Below, in pieces: positions 25,183 to 39,248 of a stretch of 64,000 bases of DNA (the stretch's first letter is position 1; each line of letters starts with the position of its first letter). The DNA lies in contig BDGG01000010.1 of the NCBI GenBank assembly GCA_001949185.1, positions 101,337 through 165,336 of the forward strand, given 5' to 3'. Source of the stretch: Ramazzottius varieornatus (Eukaryota; Animalia; Tardigrada). The position numbers and the translations under genes are program-made. The notes below the pieces were generated by a model that had not been told where the DNA came from, made no database searches, and saw only the letters and a program-made list of their open reading frames with translations.

Positions 25183-27200
25183 CTCGGTGGGAGTTTAAGA
25201 GATTATGGTACTTGCAAGCTCGAGAGCAAAACAATGGAGCCAAAAGATGTCAGATGGAGAGATAGTTCAGATGGAAATTCGAGGAATCTGTGCTTCGTGG
25301 CCATGTGGTTGCAAGAAGTGGTACTTTGTGGCATGGATCGGTTTTTTTTGAGGCCAGCGGCAGATCAGCATCACAGGCTTGGTAAGACAGCTGCTCTCGT
25401 TTCTGCGCTATCTTTAGGATCCCGCAATACTATTTCTAGCTTCCTCTCGCGTGGCTGCACGAGAAATGCTGAACTGCATTGGAAGGACCTTGACTTTAGA
25501 CAGCACTCCGCGCCTCCCCAGGCCGGCGTGCAAAACAGAACTGCCCTAGATCGCGCCAAACGGCACAGCAAGACCATTGTAAACTGATATCTAACCGTTT
25601 TCTGGCTCGATGGACGAGTGTCACCGCAGCAGGCTGAGGTAACCTCAGGCTTAATCAAGAACCTAACTTGAGACAGGGGATTTTGCTCATGGGTTTGTAT
25701 GGGTTTTTTCCATGGGTTCGGATTTTCCCGTCACCTGATCCTTGGATCAAGTTCCCTATGGGGATTCTATGGGGTGATGCCAGCAAGAGCATTGTTCAGC
25801 GCATGTTTCTGAGTTCAATTTCGTCATACGTTTCCTAACCGATAGAACCTCGCTCCAGTAAAAAGAAGTACTTACATACCGCAAAAATAAAAATATTTAT
25901 AAAACGAGTCATACGTCTTTTAAAGCATTATGAGAACACTTTAGACCGACGCGTAACGAGCGTGTTTGGTCAGCCAGAAGCGAGGTGGTTAGGCTGTTGA
26001 AGTTTGGAGAAAGGCTAGTTTCTCTCAAAAGAGACAACAAAAGAGTACCGACAAAGTGTACCTGACTTTCGTCATACCCAATTAGGAAAATCTTTCTCAG
26101 TAGGGATGCTGTTGTTGATAAATGCACAGTGGAATAAGTCCGCTTTGTTACATAAGAAGGCGTACGCACTCGGCGGCAAAGTTCGCTCAGTAATGTGATC
26201 GGAGGTTCGGGAAGTTTTCGTTGCCCAGAAGCATTCGACACTCGGAATGCTTTCCCGTGGAGGTGAAGTAGCGTTTTACGCAATGCCACTAGTGGCGCGC
26301 ACTTGGCGATTGTTCCGTAACAGCAAGCCGTAACCGTTCCCATCCGCATTCCCATGAATTCCATAGGATTGCGAAGGATCCGAACCACTCTTTTGGGTCC
26401 ATCATCCGGTATTTGTCCAGAGCTTAATACATCCTTCGCACGCTCCTTGCTTCCACCATCACGGCCGGCATCGAGCCCAGTACAGATTCATTACCGGCAT
26501 TGCCGCCACCACCGCCACCGAAAACAATCCCAAGAGCTTTGGCCCCCAGGTCGGGGTGAGCGATGGGCGAAAATGATTTTGCGGTCCAATCAACAATCAT
26601 TCGACGAGCATGGTTTTTAACATGACTCGTCAGTTAACTTAGCAGCACTGATGTGCTGCGCGCGTCTGTCGGAGCATGGTAAGCCAAAACGCGCAAAATT
26701 AGAATGGTAGGCCATGATTTACCGGGGTCAGGCCTCGTATATAGGAATCCTTGGCATCGAATCCCAGTAGAAGTGCTTTTTCAAATATTGAGCTAACAGG
26801 TGCAGTCAATCAACCGAAGTGTGGTTTTGTTTCTTTTTCGTACGCGAGCCGCGGTGAGGGATTTTCTTACTTTTCGGTTAAATTAACAATCTGGTGCGTC
26901 ACAGAATGGTTACATCTTGAGTAAAATCTGCCCCGCATGTTGCTTTGACGCATGACGTCGAGGATACTTTACGGTGTCCTACCTTCCAGCAATGCGCGCT
27001 TCACTAGCACATCAGTGCTTAGCAGTTAGCACGGAATCGTCAGCTGTCTCAGTCTTCCGTGGCCCATGGATTTTTCCCCATGCGTCCGCTCTTCATCGAA
27101 TCTTCCAGTCTTCTTCAACACAGAGTAATTAGCGCAGGAGGAGGACCAGTGTTCGGCAGGTAAAAACTCGAACGATCGGCAACCATACGGACTGAGGAAG

Positions 27201-28646
27201 ATGGCATCTAAAAATGACTCGATGATCACCGATCCTGATATGCTGACGGAAGATGAGCCAAACTATAAAGCGCCAGCTGTTAAGCCTCTCCAGGATATCC
27301 TGGCTACCGACAAAGAAGATGAGAGTTTACAGAAGTATAAGGCAGCCTTGTTGGGTAGCGCGGTTGGCGGTGGAAACATCATCGTGAAGCCGAATGATCC
27401 TCGACGCGTTTTAGTCCAAAGCTTGCAGCTGGTTGTGGATGGACGTCCGGACGTCACGATCGATCTTACTGGTAAGGACAACCTTTGTACCTTCACTACT
27501 ACAGTACGACCGTAATTTCGGTCGAAGCCTTGTACGAAACGAGAGGCTAGTACATTATTATATCATGCTCCCCGGTTCAACTTGCGCATCTGGACGGTGA
27601 TTTTTGATGAACACTGCGCCGCTCTAGAGAAATTCACGTTGCCATATTGTTTTTCCTTCCAGACGTCAACAACGTGAAGGGAAAGAAGTTCGTCATGAAA
27701 GAAGGATGCCACTACCGTCTAAGGATCAACTTTTACGTTCAGCGAGAGATTGTTGCCGGTTTGAAATACGTCCAGAAGGTTCAAAGGTTGAGCGTCCAAG
27801 GTAAGCTATTAAGAGGTTGTCTTTGACACTCTGACTCTCTGGCGCTGGCTGCTTATGGCTCTGCTGGATCCGTATTGAAAGCCCTGGGCCATTCGCATTT
27901 TGAACAGCTGACCAGGGGTTGATTTACGGACTGAAAGCGAAAGCGTGTCAGTTAACTGGGAAATGGTGATTGAGTGTTTCGCGTCAGGGCTCGCCATAGA
28001 CTGATTTGCACTGTATGGCCGAGCACGCAAAGACATTCACGCCACTGCTTGCCATGGAGAGTACGAGGTAAAGGTTGTAAACTTAGCCCCTCATTCCGGG
28101 TTTGTAAAGTTAGCCACAGCTGTAGCGTCTATCGCTGGATTGACTATTTGATTGTCAGTCTTGGCTTTTTAACATGAAATTTCAACGTTCTTTTAATTGC
28201 GGATCTCTCGGATTCTTTGACTCGTCGTGTTGACTGTGCCTAACACCATTCGACAGCTCATTTTCTATCTATCGATCTGTCCTTAAAAGTTTGGAATTGA
28301 GTAGTAGAGAACAGGCGTACTTAGACGGCTAACTTTACAAACTCGGTATGGGGCGGCTAACTTTACAACGTTTCCCTCGTACCGTCTGCCGTCGCCATGC
28401 CGTAAACTGACCATGTTTTCTTCTCGCCTGATGGTTTATTGTGTTTTAGTGGATAAAACAACGAACATGGTTGGCAGCTACCCACCCAGCGAGAAGATTC
28501 ACTCGTACCAGACACCCGTGGAAGAAGCTCCATCGGGTATGATGGCGCGAGGAACCTACAACATCAAGTCGCTCTTTACGGATGACGACCAGAACGAGCA
28601 TCTGAAGTGGGAATGGGTTTTGGAAATCAAGAAAGACTGGGAGTAA
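27201..28646 (+). CDS. RhoGDI: Rho GDP-dissociation inhibitor
   Basis: Exons 27201-27471, 27663-27800, 28450-28646. [49 protein letters not shown]. Confidence 0.97.
28064..28379. mobile_element. Mariner-like MITE in RhoGDI intron 2
   Basis: TA|CGAGG...CCTCG|TA ends with about 50-bp TIRs, each carrying two TTGTAAAGTTAGCC-like motifs. Confidence 0.75.
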
Positions 28647-29034
28647 GTTTCCTTTTTTCCGTAAAAGTATCTTTTATTAGCGGGCCTTGCGTTCAAGTTG
28701 TCTTCCCTCACATGACGCCTTTTGTTTTACAAATTGCTCCACATTTTACCCGATAGTCATTTTTATACGCTTGAGTTTTATCGCGATTGTCTTTTTGTAG
28801 TGCTGTTCTTTGCATCCATATCGTCTACTTTGGTAGTCTCGTCTTTTTTTCCAGATCATATTCGTCCGAGTTTTTATTGCTACAGTTTCATGTGATGTCG
28901 CACCGAGTTTTTCGTCCGTTAAAAGCGTAGATTAGAATATTGAAATAAAAGCAAGCAAAATACGTGTCGACATCTATCGTGCAGACTAGCAATTCATGCG
29001 ATCGTTTCAGTGCTGCGGGTAACATTTGGTTCGT

Positions 29035-30547
29035 CTACATGGACTGAGGTTGCAGTGGTACGAATAAGGGATAACGAAGAGGCGTATGATGGGCGAGAAA
29101 GGGCGATGATTCCATGGGAGGGCCGCGTGGTGGGTCTTGCGGAGCAGCGTGACGGTGAGGGTGGCAGTGTCTCGAATGAAGATAGGGGTTGTGGCCTGGA
29201 GCAGATGGATCGGGCGAAGAATATGACATTGGTGGCGACTTGCAGTGATTGGCGAAGGAGTCGGAGGAACTGTCTTCGTCAATGTATCCGTTCCGTTGTC
29301 CACAATGCTCTGTCAATCATAATTACCAGTTTTTTCCGCGAAATCAGAACGGACAGATGCACCGATATGTGGAAAACCAAGATGTTTAATTACAGTATAA
29401 AGGTGGTGAGCAAATTATTATTTGTTACTTCGGTTTACTGTATCGTAAAACTTCCCAAACAATGCATGAATCTAATTTCGTTAATCGCCACCGTTGCTGG
29501 CATGGAATCGTCGACGGACACATGAAGTTGCAATTTTTTCTACGGAATTTCTGGCAAAGTGCTGCTGTTGCGCCCCCAGGACTACAGAGGTCTTCCGGAA
29601 ACTCACCCTGATATTCCACCTTTTCGGAGCACATGGTGTCATCTTCGATCATCATATCGTCGTCATCATCCAGATCGTACTTCCGCATTGTTCCGTTGAA
29701 ATACTGACTCCAACCATTGCGACCCGCGTCTTTCTTTAGACGCTTCTCTTTGGCTCGTCGGTTTTGAAACCACACCTTCAACATTCCAAGTTTTTGTTCG
29801 TCGCACTTCGATTCGATTAAAACCAGAAAAACTTCGCGATCACCAGGGACACATTACCTGGACGACGCGCATATCCAGACCGGTATCCTGGCTCAGCTGC
29901 TCCCGAATATGCCTCGCTGGTTTTGAGCTAGCCGTGTAAGCAATCTTCAAAGTCTCCAGCTGCTTTGCCGAGATAGTCGTCCGTGGTCGCTTATTTGATG
30001 CCTCTATAATCACAGGAGGAGTCAGTAAAATCCTCTAGAAGCACTGTCTGTGATGATGAGTGTGTATAAATACTCATCTGACCTTTGGATCTGGCGCTTT
30101 CGTAATCGACTTTACAGACCAGCTTCTTGTTCTCCATCAAATAATACTCTTCACCGGTACTGAACTGTTTGCCACAGACAAAGCATGCAAAACAGTCCAA
30201 GTGGTACGTCTCCTCATTTGCATGGCGCACCATGTCGTCCGGTGCAATACCCTGTTGACATCCACCGCACCGACTTCCGAATGTCCTGCAAGCAAATTCG
30301 AATTTATCATTATAGAGTCCGGAAAAAAAGGAAAATAAAAATGCGACTGTCTGCATTTTACCGGTAGAAGTCGTTCTTGCAGAAGAGCTTGTCATCTTTG
30401 GAGAAACATTTGCTTGCCAAACGTTGTCGACATACGGAGCAGGTCAGGCATCCGCCATGCCATCGCTCTTTCTCCAAACCCGAACAGTGCCATATGTACC
30501 GCTCGAAAATGGGTTCTCCGCATCCTTGGCAGATAACCAGACATTCT
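29035..30547 (-). CDS. Lhx3: LIM-homeodomain transcription factor of the Lhx3/4 (Lim3) class; first exon uncertain (possibly about 30810-30870)
   Basis: Two LIM domains ([15 protein letters not shown]; [15 protein letters not shown]). Homeodomain [57 protein letters not shown]. Confidence 0.95.
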
Positions 30548-33500
30548 GTAAAATACATCAGTCTGAATCATCGCAGAGTTCAAAAATCAAAAAGTCTATT
30601 TCCAAAAATCTTCCGATATTTGTAGTCAAAACCGCACTCGCTAAGAACAGCACTGCCACATTCAGCTCCGGCATCCGTCGAAGTATATAAGTTGAGCGGT
30701 TGATTGGACAAACTGATCGACTGATTACTTTATGTATTTACTGCTTTGTACTGACTAATTCGATTATTTTCTTCCCGGTTCCTTTTGAGAGTAAACCGTC
30801 AAGTTGACACCCTGACAGTTTGCCCACTTTGTCTCCATTACTCCCGTCTCCTTGTTATTCTTCCCCATTTCAAGTCCTCCCTTGTGATCTATACAAAGTG
30901 TCCAGTTACTCTGCTGTATCCATCAAGGACTCTTCGGCTGTCACTGTTTTCTCGGCGCTATTACGCTTTCTCTTCTTCCTCTGTAAGCTGAACACGTCGC
31001 ACACGATCGATATTTCAATTATCGGAAATCCGTGAAGGATATTCAGTTAATCCCTGACGCATTGCCCCATCCTTTCCCTCGGCTTTTGTGTCAAGGAAGG
31101 CAGGCTAATTAGTGCGGAGCCCTCTTAAAAGCACCCGAGGTAACTGTGTATCCTTCTAAGAGCGTGAAAACTTGACTTGATGAATTTGTCTCTCCCGGGA
31201 ATATATCCTCTTATGCACCGACTTAGTTGCGTGTGCCTGATAGATACCCTGTACAAAGATCGAGGAGCAAAGTAGCAGTACGAAAGTTCAACTTCATCGC
31301 ACACCTGCCACCTGGACATATTTTTCCGAGCCAGGACCACGTACTATTCTACAAGAGATATAGCGAGGGTTATTTCTTGTAGCCCTCGAAACCTTTTCTC
31401 TGTCTGCCGACAAAAATACAACATCAAACATTGGAATTTCGATTGGTTCGGAACTTGAATTAAGTTTGTACCATCCGAACAGATGGAAAACAACGCAGAT
31501 TTTTAAAAAAAACCAGTTATTAGTGAATCTTAATTTTTCTTTTCGCCTGGCATACACAGTACAAAGTATTTCTTCCATATCGAGCGTCGTACCAATTTTT
31601 CGGGCAGAATATCCAGATCACGCACCGTAGCTTCTTTCCATCTGGTGCATCATTTCAAGCGAAACCGGTTCTCTGATAACGAGGGGCAGTCCATCAGCAT
31701 GTTATAACATTGAACAGATGGGCGGATATCGATCCTTGGTAAGCCCTATTATATTTGCAGCATTGATACGCCAACAACACCGCGGCCGATTTGACCAAGT
31801 TATGTCCTTTGGGATTCCCAGACCATACCGCACGTTTAAGAACTTCCTGTTTTTTTTGCCGTTTGGACTGTTTTTAAGCCCGGCTCTGAACCAAGGTTCC
31901 TGGTAGGATTAGCGGTTGAAGATACTCGATACTCGTGCCGGGTTTGCGGCTGCAGAAGCCTAACAGGGCGATAACGGGTCAAATTATTACCTGGGGGAAT
32001 ACAAATATGCCTGCCTATCACCGAAGGCTGGGACTAAAGATTAGACGTCAAGTGTGTACGGGCATGTTGCAAGTTGTCACACTCAGCACGTGACTTGACC
32101 CGTAAGTCCCGTGTGTAGAGCTAAAGCGTACTGACCTCTTCCTAGCTACGACAAATATTTTCCTTTTTTGATAAACCCTTAAACATGCGAGCCATCTCAG
32201 ACGCCTGCAACGGACGTGCTGCGGAAAAGATAGAACAAAATCATTCTGATGCGATAAGCAAGTATATCTTGGCTGTTCGTGCGGTCCACAGATCGGATGA
32301 TTTGGGAAGACAACGAGGCGGAAGTCAGAGATAACCGGTGCACAGTGCCAGTCCATTCAGCCGAACAAGAGAAATGTCAAACATCGAAGGATAGTTCAAT
32401 AGCTTGTCAATAGCTTGTCAAAAAGCTTGTCAAAACGGCACGTGGCCCCTTCCGGTTACACTTTGAATATTCCCGTATTACCATTAGCCGCTTACTTCCT
32501 CTGATACATCCTGGGCACACCCCAAATAATTTCTTCAAGAAGACTTTCAGCGCCAGTCCAGAAGACCCATACAATGCAGACACAATGTCTCAGCTTTGCG
32601 CATACTATAGAAAAGGTCACCAGAAAGCCTTCTGGTTTCGAACGAATGTTTAGACGGAAGTTCATTTCAAACTCCCAGACTGAGCTGGGGAAAGTGATCA
32701 AGTGGATTGAGCTCAGTTGACTACCATGCAAAAACGATGATCATGAGGAACAGCTCAATGTTATTACTTTTGAGCTATCACCATCCAATCCTGCTACAGA
32801 CCTCGTCCCATACGCGGGCTGCCGTAATGAAATGCGGCGTAATGGTGCGTAATCAAGGGAAAGTGGGGAATTGTGAGGACCAAGTAATCATGAAGTAACT
32901 CATCCCAATGATTAATTCCACTTTGTCAAATTAAAAAAGCCAGCGATCCTGTATCGGCCTAAGCATACAGTTGGGCAACTGGCTGTAACTATCCGATCCA
33001 GCAGCACAACGGTAATCATGAATAATTGCATTTCAATTTCACAATCGCTCCTGATGCAAATGTCGGGACTGGTTGGGTCCCTTCCTCATTCCTCAGCAAA
33101 ACGATATAAAACAAGCGCTTTCCATGATCACTGCTCGCACAACTTCCATCAGACTAGTTGGATTCTTCCTCCGCTAGCTAAACTATCATCAGTTTCTCGC
33201 GTTACGCATTTTCTCGATCAACTTGCGCCATTTTAGATTAACGTACCTTGAAGCTTTTTGTCCTGGCCCAGCAACTTTTTCAGCCGTTCTTTTTCATCCT
33301 GGCTATTCCGTCGAGCCATTTCCGCGTTTGATGAAGAAGGTCCTTCGGAGGAAGCGAAGACAATATGGGGGGTACTTGATTGTCTGGATGGAACCACATC
33401 GGCCGATATCGATGTCGCCATTCCTCAAAGAGCTTTCACAGAGACAGAATGACTGTTTGTTGGAAAATGCCTCTGTGACATGTATATGAATGACATATGT

Positions 33501-34943
33501 ATGGAAGATAGTTCTGCAGCTGGTTGCAAATGTCGAAGACGATTACTGCTTGAAGGGATATAACGGAGGATATGTGTCGTCTATGCCGGCTTGACAGAAT
33601 CAATCCAGGATTTTCTATGGATGCTCGTGTACGGGTGGAGATGGAGAATGAATCAAGTGTATTGTGGCATAGCTGAACGGTACCATGGCTGCACTTGGGG
33701 GAATATGCCATACATAAACGGACGGATGTGAAGTGGGATGCGGATGAGTGGCCATGTCACACTCTCCGGCTTTGAACCTTTCCTGTAAGGATCTCTCCTA
33801 ATGGCCAAAGGGATCAACGCAAATGTACCGATGAATATGGTCTACTTGGTCACACGGAATCAAGTGCGTTACTTCCCCGTTGTCGGAAAATGTCAAAACT
33901 TTTGCTGCGGATTTTTTTCGATTTCGTCTTTCGAGCATTTTTCATTCTGTCGTGGTACAGATACAAAATCTTTCTGTTCTGGAGTATCACACGGGCTGCA
34001 AAATGGCTGGAGGCACATTACGTTAAATATTCGATATGTTCCGCTCCGCTAAGTGGTGGACTGGCAGTTACTTAGCGTAATTCAATTAGCAGATCCATTC
34101 ATCGTGCAGGATCGTGCCTCGTTTATGGGTCACTCGTCGTGAGGCCACCTCGTGGACTGAGTTGGATGCAGGTCTGAACTTTTTACGCTCTTGCATGAAA
34201 AATCGGAATATGTATTTGATACCTAATGAAGAATGAATTCATGGTTAGATGGAAAACCCGTAGACGATATATACATCGAGCTGCACGTCGCTCAAAGGTA
34301 CAGTACTTGAAACCACATGCACATGCTTAACCATGCGGGGGAAAATTGTTGAGAGACAAAGTCCTTCTGTCATTTGTTATTGCTAGTTTTTCTCCAAAAT
34401 AATACGTACTGCCAAACAGCGCAAATTAAATTTCGTGTATCATCTGAACGGAAAAAGATAGGTAAGTCTGACGCATATGGATGTATTCGAAGATCGTTGG
34501 CAAGTTGCTCACATCAGGGTTACCTGGGACTAAATCAGCGTCAGGGTGAACGATAGTGGCGCCACCCAAGGTCTCGTATATGTGCTCTTCTCAGTTCGAG
34601 CGTTTCACTACGATCGTTCTTGCATATCGATTTTGCCGTGTATCTGTCGCCGTGCGTGCCAGATGAACTGCACATGTACAATGCATTCTGCGCTATACCT
34701 TCGTCTGATTTCTCGCACCCACCTGCACTCCAGACATTGTGCTTTTCCTTTTTTATCGATCCAAACATGCAGAAGGGCATCACTATCATCGCAACTGGCA
34801 ATACCCCACCATCTGCAGCTCTTTCGACTGTATAGTACTATCTGAAACAATATGGGAAAAATAACTCTCAATTGCTCCCTGCTCCGGAATAACCCAATAC
34901 GCTGTCATTTTCACATGATCAGCTCATACTAACTAGTGGCCGA

Positions 34944-36437
34944 ATGGAGGAATCGGCAAGCCTTACTGCAGAAGAGGTGGCTAGGAAGCGACGGTCGGGT
35001 ATGTTCTTTGACGATGAAATTGCTCCAGCTGAATTGTTGGATATTTCCCGGTCCGACAAAGCTCAGGAGTCGAGGCGCCGACGAAGACCTGCTACACAGC
35101 AGCCAGCTGTCGTTCTTCCTGATTTCGAAGACGAACTCAAGGATGAAATTAAGACAGCGCGCCGTGCTCCTCCTACTCTGCATCCAAACGGTACCGTCCA
35201 CTTCAAACTTGAAGACGCTGCTTCTACGAGTCCTGGGCAGCGGGTGAACTCGTCGGCAGGCGTACAGGAGCAGGGGTCCAAAGAGGAAGGAAAACCCCGG
35301 CGCTTCGGCTCACAGTAAGTAACTTTGTCAATCCTGTTTCACGGCGCAGAGCCTTCAGTCGTCTAGAAAATTTGTTATCAGAGCGGTTGATATTTTGCAG
35401 GATTTCAGACATTCGTGGAGGATTTGCAGTGAATCTGGGTGCGATCGAAGAAGATATTGTTACGCTGTCAAACGACGATCTGAGAGCCTCGATTCGGAAG
35501 ACGACGCTCCGCAATAAAAATGACGGGGAAACCCATGCCCAGATGTCGAGCCGACTCTACGTAGAAGACTCCGAGAAAGGAAAATTCTACACGTTATCAA
35601 AGCGACCCAAAGAGTGAGCATAAATTCCCTTTCACATACTACGATTTCAGCGAAACCTCGTACAAACTTCACAAATTAAAAAGAAACACTAAATTTTTCT
35701 CGCTCAGTAATATAGTGCATCAAGAAATCTATTAAGGCAGGCCATAATCACAAAATGCCAGTTTTCCACAGTCACAAGTCAGGTGTTTATCATAGTATCG
35801 ATAATGGCGACAACACCTGCATTTTCTTTTCAGATGGGATGTCGCCACAATGGACGAACCAACCCAAGATCCCGTCGACAAACCTATAGATATTCCAACA
35901 ACCACTTGGTCTTCTGACGTCAGCGTCTACCGTACCATTCGCCACTTCTTCCTCTTCTCCCACGGTTTCCTAGCCGGTCTCGCCCTTCTACACTGCGTCC
36001 TCCTCTACGCATTGGCACCTGCCCGACAGAACGACTGGTTGTTCTTCGTCCGTCCTTTCACCCGTATCGCCATCGTATTCCGTACTCTCTACCACGTCCT
36101 CATCACTCTTTGCGCGGTTTCGGGCCTCTGTCGCATGGATATTCTATCTGGGTTCGACAAACGGCTCGTCACCGAGAACCTGGATGCGGTGATTGGGACG
36201 ATACTCTATTTCGTCGCGGCGGTATTGACACATCTGTGCGACAGTACGGTGAGTCGACTGATGCTCGATTGGCATACAACGCCGGACGTGATTTCGTCCG
36301 AGGTCCAGGAGGAGTTGGTTAGGTTTCGGATAATGGATGCGGTCCGGACCTCCTGCGTCTGTGCCGCCTGGATCATCACTGCTTTCCGATGGAAGCATGA
36401 CCGTTTTAAGAGATACCTTCATGTCAAAAGCGCGTAG
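34944..36437 (+). CDS. TMEM237: Ciliary transition-zone protein TMEM237-like
   Basis: Three exons. Long hydrophilic N-terminus, then LFSHGFLAGLALLHCVLLY and LCAVSGLCRMD, with four TM segments matching the TMEM237 pattern. Confidence 0.8.
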
Positions 36438-37590
36438 CCGCGCCAGACAGATCTGTGCGAAAACATGGCAAACATTAGCATATCCATCTGTTCCTACCAA
36501 TGACTTCAGGTTCATCACAATGACATCATGCTTTCTTTTCCGTGAAATTTGTAAACCAGACACTGGCTCTTCTTGACAAATTTTGACTAGAATTCTTGTA
36601 GCAACTTTCTGTAACCTCGAACAGGCGATCGCGAAGTGGACAACAGAATACAACAACAAAGGGCAAGATGGATGGCCGTGAGCTGTACCTCAGCGACTTC
36701 TACAAGGATTCCAGAAGACAAACGGAACCTTGGTAGGCTAACTACCAACTGGAAATACTGCAGAATATGGTTAGCTTTGTGCTCTGAGAGTTGGCGGCTA
36801 TCAATAAGTTGGCCTGCTCCCATTGCAAGCAAACTACTGCAGCTTTGCTAGAATCGAGAACATCGTCAGAATTGCCATAGTACTTGATCACAAGGAAATA
36901 AGAATAACCATGGCAGAGGCAGCACCTGGTTTAAAAGATCGAAATGCGGTCCATGCTTTGGAGCAGCTTGGAACTGAACAATTGAGGGTCTACTGACAAA
37001 GGGACCTTCAGACCATGTCACACGCCGATCTTGTTTTCGGTGCTTTTACTGATAGACATGACTCTTAACTCTCGGCGAACTATGGGGAAGAAATGCCGAA
37101 ACACACACACGGTATTTCTTTGAATCTACGAGAGCAAGGATTATTACTATACGTCCTGGACTGTATCTGAACTCCCCATTAAAGCCCTGGATGATCTATT
37201 GATTGCTTGGTTGAAGTTAGGTTTTTGAGGTTCTTTACCGGCGCGCCTCGTAACAGAGTATATCAATCTGTCACCATCCACATTGCAGCCGCATCGCACT
37301 AGCTACAGGCTTTATTTTCTGCTCAGCGCGAATGTGTCAATTTGTACCGGTACGATTAAAGTGCATATCGTGGCTGGTGCACAACAAGTAAAAATCGAAG
37401 ATGGTTGGCAAGATCAAGTTTCAATACCGTGTGTGTTTTTCCGCAGTTCGGCCTCGCGCGTCCATGTTTGTAAACTCTTGAAGCAAACTGAATCTCGAAC
37501 TGGGTTACCAAGTGATAAGTTCCACATTGGTCGACGTGTTTCATTGTCCAAGCGCATTTTCGAGCATAACTAACCAGCATCCATTCTGAT

Positions 37591-38036
37591 ATGATGAAGA
37601 AAGGAGCGATGGTTCTGTCAGCTGCCGCTGTTCTTCTTGCGGGTACGTTGCGCACCACGCTGACCAAAATTGTATTTTCTTCTTTGGACTTTTCGATTAG
37701 TTTCTCACAGAGTGCACCTGTATTCTTCCTTGCAGTGGCTTTGGTAGTTGTGGAAGCGAAGGCGCAGCTTGGAGAGCCCCAACCATGCATCTGCACCATG
37801 GAGTTTAGGCCCGTGTGTGGCTCAGACAACGTTTCTTACAACAACAAATGTATCTTCAAGTGCGCCCAAAGTAACAAGCCTGGTATGAGAGCCATTGCAA
37901 ATATCAACTTTTGTGGGGTTTTTTTGAGTTTCTGGTGATTCAGTGTGCTAAAAGACTGGAAGGAACCATACTCTCTGTTTGTGTCAATTTAGGGCTCACG
38001 ACGAAGCATGATGGAAGCTGTGGCTCGAGCGGTTGA
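37591..38036 (+). CDS. Small secreted single-domain Kazal-type protease inhibitor
   Basis: Signal peptide. CICTMEFRPVCGSDNVSYNNKCIFKC...KHDGSC across three exons. Confidence 0.9.
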
Positions 38037-39248
38037 ATATCGACTTCGACTTACGAACAAAGTCCAGGCGGTCTAGTCAAGTTCACAACGCCCATCGCGC
38101 TAGCGCAATATAATATTTGGTTTCCTATCGTTATCTGTACCATGTTCACCTACAATACACCTACAAAGAACTGTAGGATGTGCGAGGTTTTACTTTGCTC
38201 AGCGTACAACTTTGCTCACCCTGCTCCACGAGCGATGTGCAGGCTTCTTGGGCTTGGTGACGTAGACGGGACGTACATGAGCAAACTTGTACGCTGAGCA
38301 AAGTAAGAGTAAGACCTTGCTCCTCGTACACTAACGGATGGACTAATAGTCTGATGTCCCAGGTACATGTTATCGTGATTGTTCAATACAAATGATAATG
38401 AAAAATGTAAACAGAAAACTGTCAACTTTTGTGGGCTGAGGATTCGACTATTTGGCAATATCGAAAAGATTCAAGCATGTCTTCGGGTTGCGGAGAAAGA
38501 GAATCAAGAGAATCAAGAGAATCAAGAGATAAAAACAGCTGCTGTTGGAGTCTGACAGTCATGTGACGAATGTAAATTTCTAAAATTTCACTGTTAAATG
38601 AAATGACCACGGTTCCGTTGTATCGGTGCTTCGAACGATCTCTGATCTGCATACTAAGTTTAAATCCTTTTGATGTGGTTGCTCGCCTTCCACGTGTCAT
38701 TTTCAGAAAAACTTTCACCACGTATTGTGGAAATTTTTCCCGCTGTTACAAACATCAAGAAAATCAAAGTTGCGTTTGCGACGTTCCTGGCAGACCTTCT
38801 TGTTCGTTGTTTACTTTTGAACGTCTAGCGCGTGATTACTGCTGCTGACCATTACGATCGCACTTCGCATCTGAAGGTTCCTGCCTGCCCTATATGTGAA
38901 AAGCGAAACGATGGCATCACATGTCAGCACGATGAATCTTCAACCGTCGAGCTCGGACTTTCAATCGCATTCTCAACTTAGAGCATAAATTTTGCTTGCT
39001 AGTAGCGTGGATTAGAAGGGAATTTTCCCGTTCATGTACTGCTTGAAAGTTTGATCCGAAATCCCCAGCCGACATTGTTCTTTTTTTACACGTTTCGTCT
39101 TTTGCGATCTCCCACTTCGGGCCCGTTCTCAGGAACACTTACAGTACCAAGTCTTTGATTTCGTGTGGGAAGCTCCGGTTAGTTTGGTCTGTTGAAGGGC
39201 CTTTCTTGTTCGAGCATTCCGTGACGAAGACCTCAGCGGACTTCTGTT

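Noticed and set aside
33000-33720. Broken ORF fragments on the - strand
   Set aside because: Interrupted by stops and no motif recognised.
36600-37000. CxxC-containing coding-like relic
   Set aside because: Many stops; cannot assign a family without a search.
38499-38529. GAGAATCAA x3 tandem repeat
   Set aside because: Ordinary slippage microrepeat.
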